From contig JBDRNC010000021.1 of assembly GCA_043811535.1 (NCBI GenBank), forward strand, positions 1-64,000: 64,000 nucleotides of DNA, read 5' to 3'. The notes under the pieces were generated by a model. That model ran no database searches, was not told the origin of the DNA, and was given only the letters and a program-made list of their open reading frames with translations. The position numbers and the translations under genes were made by a program. This stretch comes from Elusimicrobiota bacterium (GTDB lineage: Bacteria > Elusimicrobiota > Endomicrobiia > Endomicrobiales > JBDRNC01). Shown piece after piece: positions 54,955-63,320 of the stretch (position 1 is its first letter; every line of letters starts with the position of its first letter).

Positions 54955-57261
54955 ATGAGAGAAAGTCTCCCGCGGTTATTCCGGATATTTATATTCCCGG
55001 CTTTATTGCTTCTTTTGACCTTGTTTACCTTCAGAGATGTTCTTGTAAATCCCGGCAGCAGCGTCCTTTCGAAATACGGTTCCGACATGACAGGGTATTT
55101 TGTATATTCCAGGGAATTCGGTTTCAATGAACTGAAGCACGGAAACCTGCCGCTTTGGAACCCGCATGTATATTCTGGGACTCCATTCCTGGCAAATTTC
55201 CAGTCCGCGCTGTTTTATCCGCTTAATTTCATTTTCTTTTTCCTGCCCGTGCACCTTGCCATTAACTGGTCAATAATCCTGCACGTGTATCTTATGGGGC
55301 TTTTTGCGTATTTTTGGGGGCGCCGCAGAAGCCTGTCGCCGCCGGCGGCATTTTTTGCCGGAGCGCTCATCATGTTTTCGGGCTCGTTTTTCATGCGCGT
55401 ATATCCCGGACACCTAACGGTAATGGCCGCGATGGCGTGGATACCGCTGGTATTTCTTTCTCTTGACGCGCTGGCCGCTTCCGCGGCGGCAAAATGGTAT
55501 TTTATAGGAATATTCTCGGTTGTCATGCAGATACTTTCAGGGCACTCGCAGTATGTTTATTACACGGGTGTCGCGGCGCTTATTTATTCGTTATTTTACG
55601 CAAAGGACGGGAAATTCAGGGTTCCGGCGGGATTATTTGTTTTTTTTGCGGCAGCTGCCGTTATCTGCGCGGTGCAGCTGCTGCCGGCAGTTGAGTTCAC
55701 GAGAGAAAGCATAAGGGGCGGAAAGCTGGATTTTGCGTTTGCGTCGTCATTTTCGTTTCCACCCGAAAACCTCCTGACGTTCGTAGTGCCCGGAATATTC
55801 GGAGATCTTGCCGGCATAGGATACTGGGGCAGGAGTTATTTGTGGGAAGCGACCGGATTCTTCACGGTTACAGGTTTTGTTTTCGCGGTTTACGGCTTTT
55901 TCCGCGGAGATAAGAACCAGAATAAATATCTTGCGCCGGCGGCCCTTATTCTACTGGTTCTCGCGCTTGGCAAATACACGCCGCTTTACAAGCCGTTGTA
56001 TCAAGCGCTGCCTTTCTACGGGCAGTTCAGGGGCAGTTCGAAGTTCATCATATATGTCACGATGTTCCTTGCGATGGTCTCCGCGTCGGGATTTGAGAGC
56101 CTCTTAAAAAAGGGAACACCGGGCGGAAAACCGGCAAAGATTATTTTCATAACAGCGATTCTATTTTTAGCAGCCGGGTTATCCATAAAAGGTTCGCTGG
56201 TTTCTTCCGCGGCAACGGGGATCTGGGCGAAATTCGCGGGCGCGATCGGCGCAACCGGGGAAACGCCTTTTGTTTCGAGCATATACAGCCAAGGCATATT
56301 CATCTATGAATCCGGGATATTCGCATACAAGAGTATTATTTCAACTGTTTTCATTATGGCCCTGCTGGGGCTTATCTTCCAGCTGAGCAAACGCACGCGG
56401 CTCGCCGCGTACGCGGTTCTGGCGGTCGCGGCAGCCGAGGCCCTCGTATTTTCGGCGAAATACAGGCCGTCTTTCGACGTAAACCTCACCCGCGCGCCCC
56501 AAATGGAGCAGTTTATTAAATCACATCCGGGGGATTACCGGATGCTGATACTCGGCAAGCCGAATGTTTCCATGTCGTGCGGAGCGTATGACATCTTCGG
56601 GAGCGATACGAACACGCTGAAAAGATACTCGGAATTTATCGCATTCACTCAGGGCGAAAATACCGCGGGAGCCAACCAGTACCTGAACTTTTCCAGATAC
56701 AGCCGGCTTTTTGATATTATCAGGTGCAAGTACGTTTTCCTCCTGGAAAACAACGATATGAAACTGATGCGCGAATCAAAGACAGTCTTGCCGCATGTAT
56801 CGCTCGTGCGGAAATACGAGCTGGTTCCCGGGCGCGATGAAATATTCAAGAGCTTAAGCGGCGAAGACTTCAATTTTGCTGAAAAAGTGCTTCTGGAAAA
56901 TCAGCCGCCGATCGAGCCCGGCGGAAGCGGGGCGGGGAACGCGAGAGTGACCGGATTTACTACGGACAGCGTGACAATAGAGGCAGAAACAAAGACACCC
57001 TCACTTTTACTCATCACGGACATTTACAGCACTGCATGGAAAATCAGGCCGGTTGAAAAATCAGCAGAGATAAAGTATCAAATAATTCCGGCGGACTATA
57101 TACTGATGGCCGTTCCGCTTGCCGCGGGAAAGCATAAAATGGTCCTGGAATACATGCCGGACGGGTTTATCGCAGGCAAGTATATCTCGGCCGTGTCGGC
57201 CTTTATTTTTATTGCGGCGTTCTGTTATTGGGCAATACTGACAAGAAAAAGGCTCCATTAA
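54955..57261 (+). CDS. YfhO family polytopic membrane protein (GT-C-like)
   Basis: PLWNP..GTPFLAN.QSALFYPLN; C-terminal AVPLAAGKH..EYMP. Confidence 0.8.
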   Translation: MRESLPRLFRIFIFPALLLLLTLFTFRDVLVNPGSSVLSKYGSDMTGYFVYSREFGFNELKHGNLPLWNPHVYSGTPFLANFQSALFYPLNFIFFFLPVHLAINWSIILHVYLMGLFAYFWGRRRSLSPPAAFFAGALIMFSGSFFMRVYPGHLTVMAAMAWIPLVFLSLDALAASAAAKWYFIGIFSVVMQILSGHSQYVYYTGVAALIYSLFYAKDGKFRVPAGLFVFFAAAAVICAVQLLPAVEFTRESIRGGKLDFAFASSFSFPPENLLTFVVPGIFGDLAGIGYWGRSYLWEATGFFTVTGFVFAVYGFFRGDKNQNKYLAPAALILLVLALGKYTPLYKPLYQALPFYGQFRGSSKFIIYVTMFLAMVSASGFESLLKKGTPGGKPAKIIFITAILFLAAGLSIKGSLVSSAATGIWAKFAGAIGATGETPFVSSIYSQGIFIYESGIFAYKSIISTVFIMALLGLIFQLSKRTRLAAYAVLAVAAAEALVFSAKYRPSFDVNLTRAPQMEQFIKSHPGDYRMLILGKPNVSMSCGAYDIFGSDTNTLKRYSEFIAFTQGENTAGANQYLNFSRYSRLFDIIRCKYVFLLENNDMKLMRESKTVLPHVSLVRKYELVPGRDEIFKSLSGEDFNFAEKVLLENQPPIEPGGSGAGNARVTGFTTDSVTIEAETKTPSLLLITDIYSTAWKIRPVEKSAEIKYQIIPADYILMAVPLAAGKHKMVLEYMPDGFIAGKYISAVSAFIFIAAFCYWAILTRKRLH

Positions 57262-57312
57262 ACACTGTATTTTTGGTATAATTTTACTCCGATTCACGGA
57301 ACAAGGGAATAC

Positions 57313-57939
57313 ATGAAGATATTCAGAATAATCTGTTTTATTTCGGTGTGCTTGCTTGCATGTCTTTGCTTTTCTTCGGCGGAAAAAAAGGGCATATCCG
57401 TTGACTGGCAGAAGATACGCTCGGCATACGGGGATTTCCTGAAAAAACCGAGCAGTCATCACGCAAGGGCGCTCGTAAACACGCTTCCGGAAAGGGCGGT
57501 TGCGCCGGAAGAACTAGTAGGGGCGGGGGAAGAGACCGTCGCGTACATTTTTGACGGAGAAAGATTCAAGCATTTTGAGGATATTGTCAGAAAAGCCAAG
57601 CCGGAACACATGCGCGCGGCGCTGAAAATGACGAACATCGCTGATGAAGATCATTCGGGGGAGCTGGAAGCGCTGCTTGGCAGCTGCATCACAGCGAATC
57701 CCGCGGGATTCCTGGATACAGTGAAAGACGCGTCCGAATTCCGGCTCCGCGGTATTCTGGGGAATTTCAGCGGTGAATTCGATATTGACAATAACGCAAG
57801 GATAAAGGAACTGAATGAGAATTACGCCGCTATCGAGAAAATCAGGAAGAGAAAATACCTGCAGATAAGAGATAAATGCCTTGCCATAATTAAGATCTTT
57901 ATTGAAGAGCGGGAATCCATGAAAATACAGGGAGAGTAA
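57313..57939 (+). CDS. Hypothetical exported protein
   Basis: Signal peptide, AAGGGA upstream; family not recognised. Confidence 0.6.
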   Translation: MKIFRIICFISVCLLACLCFSSAEKKGISVDWQKIRSAYGDFLKKPSSHHARALVNTLPERAVAPEELVGAGEETVAYIFDGERFKHFEDIVRKAKPEHMRAALKMTNIADEDHSGELEALLGSCITANPAGFLDTVKDASEFRLRGILGNFSGEFDIDNNARIKELNENYAAIEKIRKRKYLQIRDKCLAIIKIFIEERESMKIQGE

Positions 57940-58024
57940 CAGGATAGATGGAAGAAGGAAGCAGGAAGCAGAAACTAACAACCAACAACCAACAACCAAC
58001 AACCAACAATCAATAACCCATAAC
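57940..58024 (+). repeat. Hybrid element: GGAAGCA arm plus CAACCAA arm
   Basis: ggaagaa ggaagca ggaagca / caaccaa x4 caatcaa. Confidence 0.85.
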
Positions 58025-58029
58025 GAAAT

Positions 58030-58812
58030 ATGAATTATTATATTGCGGCGGCGGCGGCGGCAACCGCGGTTTCTCTGATTTTATTCTATAGTATTTGGGG
58101 CAAATATCCGTGGCGCGGCAGGAAGGCCGCGATGATTTGCTTTATTGCCGCACTTTCGTTCAGCTATCTTATTAATGTATTTGTAAAGGCGCCCATTTAT
58201 AAATACGTGCTTTCCACGCTGAATATCAATCCCTCCGTTTCCCTCTGGCCCGTATGGTTCCTGCCGATCGGGATCGCAATCGGCCCTTTTTGGGAAGAAC
58301 TTATCAAGGCCGTGCCCCCGGTCGCCAATAGAGTTTTCCTGAAAGAAAAAGCCGACATTTATTATACCGGACTTATGGCGGGCCTCGGTTTTGGTATAGG
58401 GGAGGCATGGTACCTGGCTGTCCAATTCGCTCCGTTGTTCCCGCATTACGCGCCCTACGGAACCGGCGCGGCGCTGATATATGGTTTCGCGGGCGAAAGA
58501 ATGTTCTCCGTTTTCTTTCACATTGTCGCGACCGGCATTACGGCATACGGATTATGCACGGGCCGGCCTCTGCAGTTCTTCCTTATAGCCGTGCTCTCGC
58601 ATTTTTTTACTAATTTCCCTCTGGGAATGTCCCAGATAGGCTTGATGAATATTCCGATCGTATCTACAGTAACAATCGTGTCAACGATCGCTTTTTATGG
58701 ATTGCTGTTTTATATGTTTTTTGCCAGGATCGATCTAAATATGAAAAAGCAATTCCGTAAAAGTGAAACGATCGAAAGAAAAGTGATTTTCGAGAGAAAT
58801 GAAAGTATTTGA
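58030..58812 (+). CDS. PrsW/YhfC-like intramembrane glutamic protease
   Basis: EELIK, GLGFGIGEA, ER..H, H..N motifs. Confidence 0.72.
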   Translation: MNYYIAAAAAATAVSLILFYSIWGKYPWRGRKAAMICFIAALSFSYLINVFVKAPIYKYVLSTLNINPSVSLWPVWFLPIGIAIGPFWEELIKAVPPVANRVFLKEKADIYYTGLMAGLGFGIGEAWYLAVQFAPLFPHYAPYGTGAALIYGFAGERMFSVFFHIVATGITAYGLCTGRPLQFFLIAVLSHFFTNFPLGMSQIGLMNIPIVSTVTIVSTIAFYGLLFYMFFARIDLNMKKQFRKSETIERKVIFERNESI

Positions 58813-59278
58813 TATCGAAAGAAGCGTAGTGCCGGCGCTGGTAATCGCCGCAACAACGGCGGCTGTAATCGTGTTGGCCGTATCACTGCCCTTGTACGCG
58901 CTTCGCGCGCCTTTATGGTTGGTGGTTATCATGCTGCTGCTATTTGCCGGTTTTCTGCCGGTATATTTCAGCATGAGATATATGATTGAAGAGAACGGCC
59001 TAATACTAAGAGCGTGGCCGTTTAAGGCGGTCATAGGTTATAAGGACATTAAAAGCGTTGAGCTTGTCCCGGGTAAGAGATACCTCAAGCTCAGAATATC
59101 CGGTATTTCAACATACGGCTTCTATTTCGGAAAGTTTTCCACTGTTGACGGCATGGCTGATGTTTACGCGGGGAAAATAAAGGATCTGGTCGTGATAAAA
59201 ACAGAAAGGAAAACGTATGCTGTCGCTCCCAAAGATATAGACGGCTTCATTTCATGCATTAAGGAGAAATTGCAGTGA
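58799..59278 (+). CDS. Membrane protein with bacterial PH domain
   Basis: Two TMs, then IKSVE..LRISG..GFYFGKF..VIKT..P. Confidence 0.7.
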   Translation: MKVFDIERSVVPALVIAATTAAVIVLAVSLPLYALRAPLWLVVIMLLLFAGFLPVYFSMRYMIEENGLILRAWPFKAVIGYKDIKSVELVPGKRYLKLRISGISTYGFYFGKFSTVDGMADVYAGKIKDLVVIKTERKTYAVAPKDIDGFISCIKEKLQ

Positions 59279-59736
59279 TTAAATTCTTCGCAAAATGGGT
59301 TTTAAGCGCCGTGGCGCTGCTGCTGGTCGTCAACATGACTTCAAAGGCCGGCGCAGACGGCTGGAGCGCGCTTCTCGTCGCCGCGCTTATCCTCGGACTG
59401 CTGAACGCGTTCCTGAAACCGCTTATTGTCATTGTTACGCTGCCGATAAATATAATGTCACTTGGAATATTCACGCTTGCAATAAACGGATTTATGTTCT
59501 GGGTTGTTTCCAAAATCGTTCAGGGATTTTACGTTACAAGTTTCTGGGGCGCGATGTGGGCGGCGCTGCTGTTCAGCGTTATCAGTTTTTTACTGAACCT
59601 GATGATAGGCGGTTTGAAGCGGGAAACGCGCAAAAATAATTTTCATACGCCTGAAACAAAACACGGCAGGATTGTCGAAGCGGAGGTGGTCGGAGAAGAG
59701 ACAGACGGAAGAAGGAAGTTGGAAGAAGGAAGATAA
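59275..59736 (+). CDS. YvlD/phage-holin-family 4-TM membrane protein
   Basis: LGLLNAFLKP..LPINIMSLGIFTLAING. Confidence 0.85.
   Translation: MIKFFAKWVLSAVALLLVVNMTSKAGADGWSALLVAALILGLLNAFLKPLIVIVTLPINIMSLGIFTLAINGFMFWVVSKIVQGFYVTSFWGAMWAALLFSVISFLLNLMIGGLKRETRKNNFHTPETKHGRIVEAEVVGEETDGRRKLEEGR
59703..59733 (+). repeat. GGAAGAC arm forming the holin-family C-terminus
   Basis: agacgga agaagga agttgga agaagga aga encodes DGRRKLEEGR. Confidence 0.8.
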
Positions 59737-59747
59737 CGGTAAAATAT

Positions 59748-59823
59748 AGTTATATGGTTAAATTGCCATATGGCTGAACGATTGAATACGTTAGCAATTT
59801 AGCAATCTAGCCATTTAGCCATA
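59748..59823. repeat. Octamer palindromic element, ATGGCTAA family
   Basis: atggttaa attgccat atggctga / ttagcaat ttagcaat ctagccat ttagccat. Confidence 0.85.
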
Positions 59824-59875
59824 TATTCTTTCAAATTTCTCTTGACACTTTTAATTTGCGGGGCTATAGTAGTAT

Positions 59876-59960
59876 TGAGAAACTAGTTTCCCCCTGTCCG
59901 TAAATCCGGATGGGTTTTATTAAAACGAAATGGACCCCACGCCGGGGTCCTTTCGTTTTG
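59876..59960 (+). ncRNA. Candidate stand-alone small RNA of about 85 nt
   Basis: TTGACA 59842-N17-TATAGT 59865, two small hairpins, terminator 59922-59959, no ORF. Confidence 0.5.
59922..59959. terminator. Bidirectional intrinsic terminator
   Basis: AAAACGAAA-T-GGACCCC / GGGGTCC-TTTCGTTTT. Confidence 0.8.
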
Positions 59961-60020
59961 TGGTTGAACGGTTTTGCGGTTGAAGTTGTCAACCATTTAG
60001 CAATATAGCAATTTAACAAT
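59961..60020. repeat. Octamer element, ATGGTTAA family, after GH9-like stop
   Basis: tggttgaa cggttttg cggttgaa / tcaaccat ttagcaat atagcaat ttaacaat. Confidence 0.78.
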
Positions 60021-63000
60021 TAGTACGCTTTTATATAAAGCGCCTTATATACCGGTGGATAACCTTTGATCATGAAGACCGCGAGTATGGGTTTGTCTCC
60101 GTCTGGGATCAAAGGAACAATGATATTTTCCGAAAGTATTGAACCTTCTGCTGGAAATCCTATTTTCGCGCCTTTTATTATTATCTTATAATCCTTCCCT
60201 ACCGCATTTTTTGAAACACTGATCGTCATTTGAGTTTTTTTGCCCGCTTCGATCTTGCCGTCAATTCGCGTTTCTATGCTGAAATTTCTGTTGAAATCGA
60301 GCGGCACCCATTTCTTATCGCCGGACAGCATTTCGATATTTTGCGAGTAAGATCTGCCCCCTTCATAAGCGATCAGTTTATATTTCTTCTGCGGAATCAG
60401 GATGACAGGTCCGAAAATCCCGTTGGATCTTGTAATCGCTCTGGTGACCGGCCTGCCGTTCTCCCTGATTTCTACGGTGGCGTCCACGACGGGGTTGCCA
60501 TTGGAGAGCACCTTGCCGCTGACCCGGGCCGGGCTGTCTAACAGAGACAGTGCTGCGAAGTACGCGGCGTTGTGCGGGAGCCAGTCTTCGCCGCTGGAAG
60601 GGCCGTCGCCGCGCCATTCAGGCTCGTCCTTCAGGCCCGAACCAACGATTCCGTTTGGTATTATGCCGTTCAGCACAGGTTTGCTGAAATAAGCCGCCAT
60701 GATAGTCGGGTTTTCCGCGCCCGCGCCTATAAGCATGCAGTAATTGAGCGGATTAAGTCCCATCACCCAGCTTGCCTGGTTGTCAGCGAATTCCTCCATG
60801 GAAATGTCGCCGATCAGATATCCCAGTTTCATCCCGACGTAAGCAAGGCCGAGATGATCGCAGTTGAGCCCGTGGTTCGGCGCGGCAGCCATTTCGGCTT
60901 CCGGGCCGGCGAAATAATTCAACAAATATTTGTTATCTGGGGTGTCGGCGGAGATGGGAATTTTGATAACCCTTCCGCTCTCAAGGGTAAATTTGATGTT
61001 CTTTATGTCAAGCAGACCTTTGCCTCCGGATGTTTTTGCCACGGCAATCCAGAAGTTCTTGATGTTTTTGAAGTTAAGCACGTTATTGTTACCCCAGAAA
61101 TATTTCAGTTGTTTCGCTTCAATCTCTTCCGAGATCCAACCGCTCGAAGGCTTAAGTTCGATCCGGTGGCCGAAATTATTTTCATGGTCATCGGACAACT
61201 TTATCTCAAGGTTGTTGGGTGGGCCGGCGTACCTGTAGTCGAAACTGATCGTTTCGAGCCCGGCCAGGTCCATGTTAACGGGCCTTAAGAGCTGGGTCCA
61301 TTCGCCCGAAATGAATTCAAAGGCGAGTCTCATAAATCCGGTTTTGCCTTCCGTCATGGTTTCCAAGATGCCGCTGACGCCGTCCTGTGACATGGCCTGC
61401 CACGCGGCCTGGGGCGTCGCATCGGGTTTCTCGGGTTCAAGCCCGTGAGCGGCCTGCCTGTAAGGAGTTTTTGAAGCGATGCCTTTAAGATAGTTCTCGG
61501 CAAAAACATAGTTGGCATAATAGACGTCGAACCAGAGCGAGTCGTCGGGAGGCAGAATCTCGGCAAGGTTGATAAGCGCGAGATTTATCGCGATGTTGAA
61601 TGAGACGTATTTATACTGAAATCGGAAATCCTTATTCGATCGCGACGTGTAAAAGTCGCCGCAGGAAGTGTTTTCGAAACGCTTAAAGTTAAGGGCCTGC
61701 AGGCTTAGCAGTTTCGGGAGTATTTCATTGACCCTGTGGAGGTATTTCCGGTCGCTGTCATATTTGTAGAGTTCGGTTGCGGCCCAGAGATACGCGCCGT
61801 AATCCCTTGCTTCCGAAAGCGGCTGCTTGTCGAGCCACTGCCACGCCTTTTTGGCCACGGACTCGGCTTTCGAGGCAAGAGCCGCGTCTTTCTTCTTTAC
61901 CGCGGGAATAGCGTTGACTATCGCGACAAGGTTGAACGCCGTCGCGTACAAGTTCTTTTCGGGATATCTTATGCGCGGCAGAAGGTCGTCTTCGGGTTTC
62001 AGCGACCCTATGCGGCTGATGAACTGCTCGTATGTCATTACTTTCTGAAAATCCGCTTCGATGCCGCCCCATGGTATGGTGCCTTCGGAATCGGCGATTT
62101 CGGTGATGAATTTCAGCCCCCATGCCAGTTCCGCGGCGTCGCCCAGGCCGCCTTCCGGAGTTTTATTGACGTGCACCTGTCCGTCCTCGACATATCGGGC
62201 GAGCCCGTAAACCAGGGACGGAATGGACCACATTCTTTTTGATATGTCAAAAAGCGTGTCGTGCCAGCCGCCCATGACAGGATCCTGTTTATGGCATCTG
62301 ATGCCGCAACGCTGGTAGTTAAGGTAGTTGAGCTCATGGACGAGAGTCATCGCTGAAAGTATGTTGTTGTTAATATTGAAATTATACGAATTTCTCTCAA
62401 CCACTCCGTTTTTCGTCCGAAGCTTAACCTTGGCGCAGTATTTGCCCGGGGTATCGGCTCCGGAAAAATCTCCGGTAAGATAAACTCCGGTCCAGTCGGA
62501 AAAATCGTTCTTTTCTAGCTTGCCGGCATATATCGTCTTCCCCGTATACATGTCTTGAACGATGAATTCTCCCGTGAAATCCTTTTCTTTCCCGGCTTCT
62601 GTTATTCGGATGACGAAAAACTTACTGTCTGTCGGATGGTAGCCGACCTGGTTCAGATTTATCTCAAAATTCAGTTTATCCTTTCCTCTGGGCGTGTACG
62701 CGAAAGTGTCGAGCACGACGAAACCCTTCTTCTCCGCGCCGCGGCTGACGGCCAGCCCGAACGACTTGATCTTGCCCATGGTCTGGTCGCCGCCCCACAT
62801 GTAATGCAGTTCCTTGAAAGGGACTTTGAACTGTTTCCACTCTGTTTTTGACGCGCCGATCACGGGTATTTTTGTTCCGTATATGGAGCCGTCCTCATCC
62901 TCGAATTTAATTTCCAGTAATGAGCCGTCTATATCGCCTTTCATGTACCACGTGAATTCCCTGGCCTTTTTGATGTCTATTTCCGCGGGCCTTGAGATTT

Positions 63001-63256
63001 CCACAAAATGGTCTTTTGTAAGATCGTAATCGATTTTTAAGGCGTTTCCTGTCCTGCCGGGGACCGGCGTGACGGTCATCGAAGCGTTTGCGGCCTTATT
63101 CGCCTTGAATTTAGAAACATTTTCAAAATCTTCGAAAACAACGTCAGCAGCATAACAACAGCAATTAGCGATTGGTAATTGGCAATTAGAAAGGACGGAT
63201 ATAGAACAAAATAATCCAAATATCATAAAAATGATTCGAGTAAAATAACGTTTCAT
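60020..63256 (-). CDS. Secreted GH9-like glycoside hydrolase with CBM11/CIA30-like modules
   Basis: NQVGY Ig-like module, QRCG..GGWHD, W.MG.NP, E.WLPHNA; two W...VPF..L-type CBM repeats. Confidence 0.7.
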   Translation of the reverse strand: MKRYFTRIIFMIFGLFCSISVLSNCQLPIANCCCYAADVVFEDFENVSKFKANKAANASMTVTPVPGRTGNALKIDYDLTKDHFVEISRPAEIDIKKAREFTWYMKGDIDGSLLEIKFEDEDGSIYGTKIPVIGASKTEWKQFKVPFKELHYMWGGDQTMGKIKSFGLAVSRGAEKKGFVVLDTFAYTPRGKDKLNFEINLNQVGYHPTDSKFFVIRITEAGKEKDFTGEFIVQDMYTGKTIYAGKLEKNDFSDWTGVYLTGDFSGADTPGKYCAKVKLRTKNGVVERNSYNFNINNNILSAMTLVHELNYLNYQRCGIRCHKQDPVMGGWHDTLFDISKRMWSIPSLVYGLARYVEDGQVHVNKTPEGGLGDAAELAWGLKFITEIADSEGTIPWGGIEADFQKVMTYEQFISRIGSLKPEDDLLPRIRYPEKNLYATAFNLVAIVNAIPAVKKKDAALASKAESVAKKAWQWLDKQPLSEARDYGAYLWAATELYKYDSDRKYLHRVNEILPKLLSLQALNFKRFENTSCGDFYTSRSNKDFRFQYKYVSFNIAINLALINLAEILPPDDSLWFDVYYANYVFAENYLKGIASKTPYRQAAHGLEPEKPDATPQAAWQAMSQDGVSGILETMTEGKTGFMRLAFEFISGEWTQLLRPVNMDLAGLETISFDYRYAGPPNNLEIKLSDDHENNFGHRIELKPSSGWISEEIEAKQLKYFWGNNNVLNFKNIKNFWIAVAKTSGGKGLLDIKNIKFTLESGRVIKIPISADTPDNKYLLNYFAGPEAEMAAAPNHGLNCDHLGLAYVGMKLGYLIGDISMEEFADNQASWVMGLNPLNYCMLIGAGAENPTIMAAYFSKPVLNGIIPNGIVGSGLKDEPEWRGDGPSSGEDWLPHNAAYFAALSLLDSPARVSGKVLSNGNPVVDATVEIRENGRPVTRAITRSNGIFGPVILIPQKKYKLIAYEGGRSYSQNIEMLSGDKKWVPLDFNRNFSIETRIDGKIEAGKKTQMTISVSKNAVGKDYKIIIKGAKIGFPAEGSILSENIIVPLIPDGDKPILAVFMIKGYPPVYKALYIKAY

Positions 63257-63317
63257 AGATTATTCCTTTAAATATCAGAATGTATACTAATTGCTGATTG
63301 CTAATTGCAAATTGCTG
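63159..63317. repeat. AGCAATT element whose arms enclose the GH9-like start codon
   Basis: cagcaattagcgattggtaattggcaattag (63159-63189) / ctaattgctgattgctaattgcaaattgctg (63287-63317). Confidence 0.88.
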
Positions 63318-63320
63318 TAG

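Noticed and set aside
57514..58002. Minus-strand ORF starting MLVVGCWLLV
   Set aside because: Its start is a translation of the CAACCAA repeat and the rest is antisense to a real gene.
59275..59736. Holin-family gene as prophage evidence
   Set aside because: The YvlD-type family is commonly chromosomal and no phage genes are nearby.
224..63317. Repeats as a CRISPR array
   Set aside because: Units are 7-10 nt and contiguous, with no unique 30-40 nt spacers and no cas genes.
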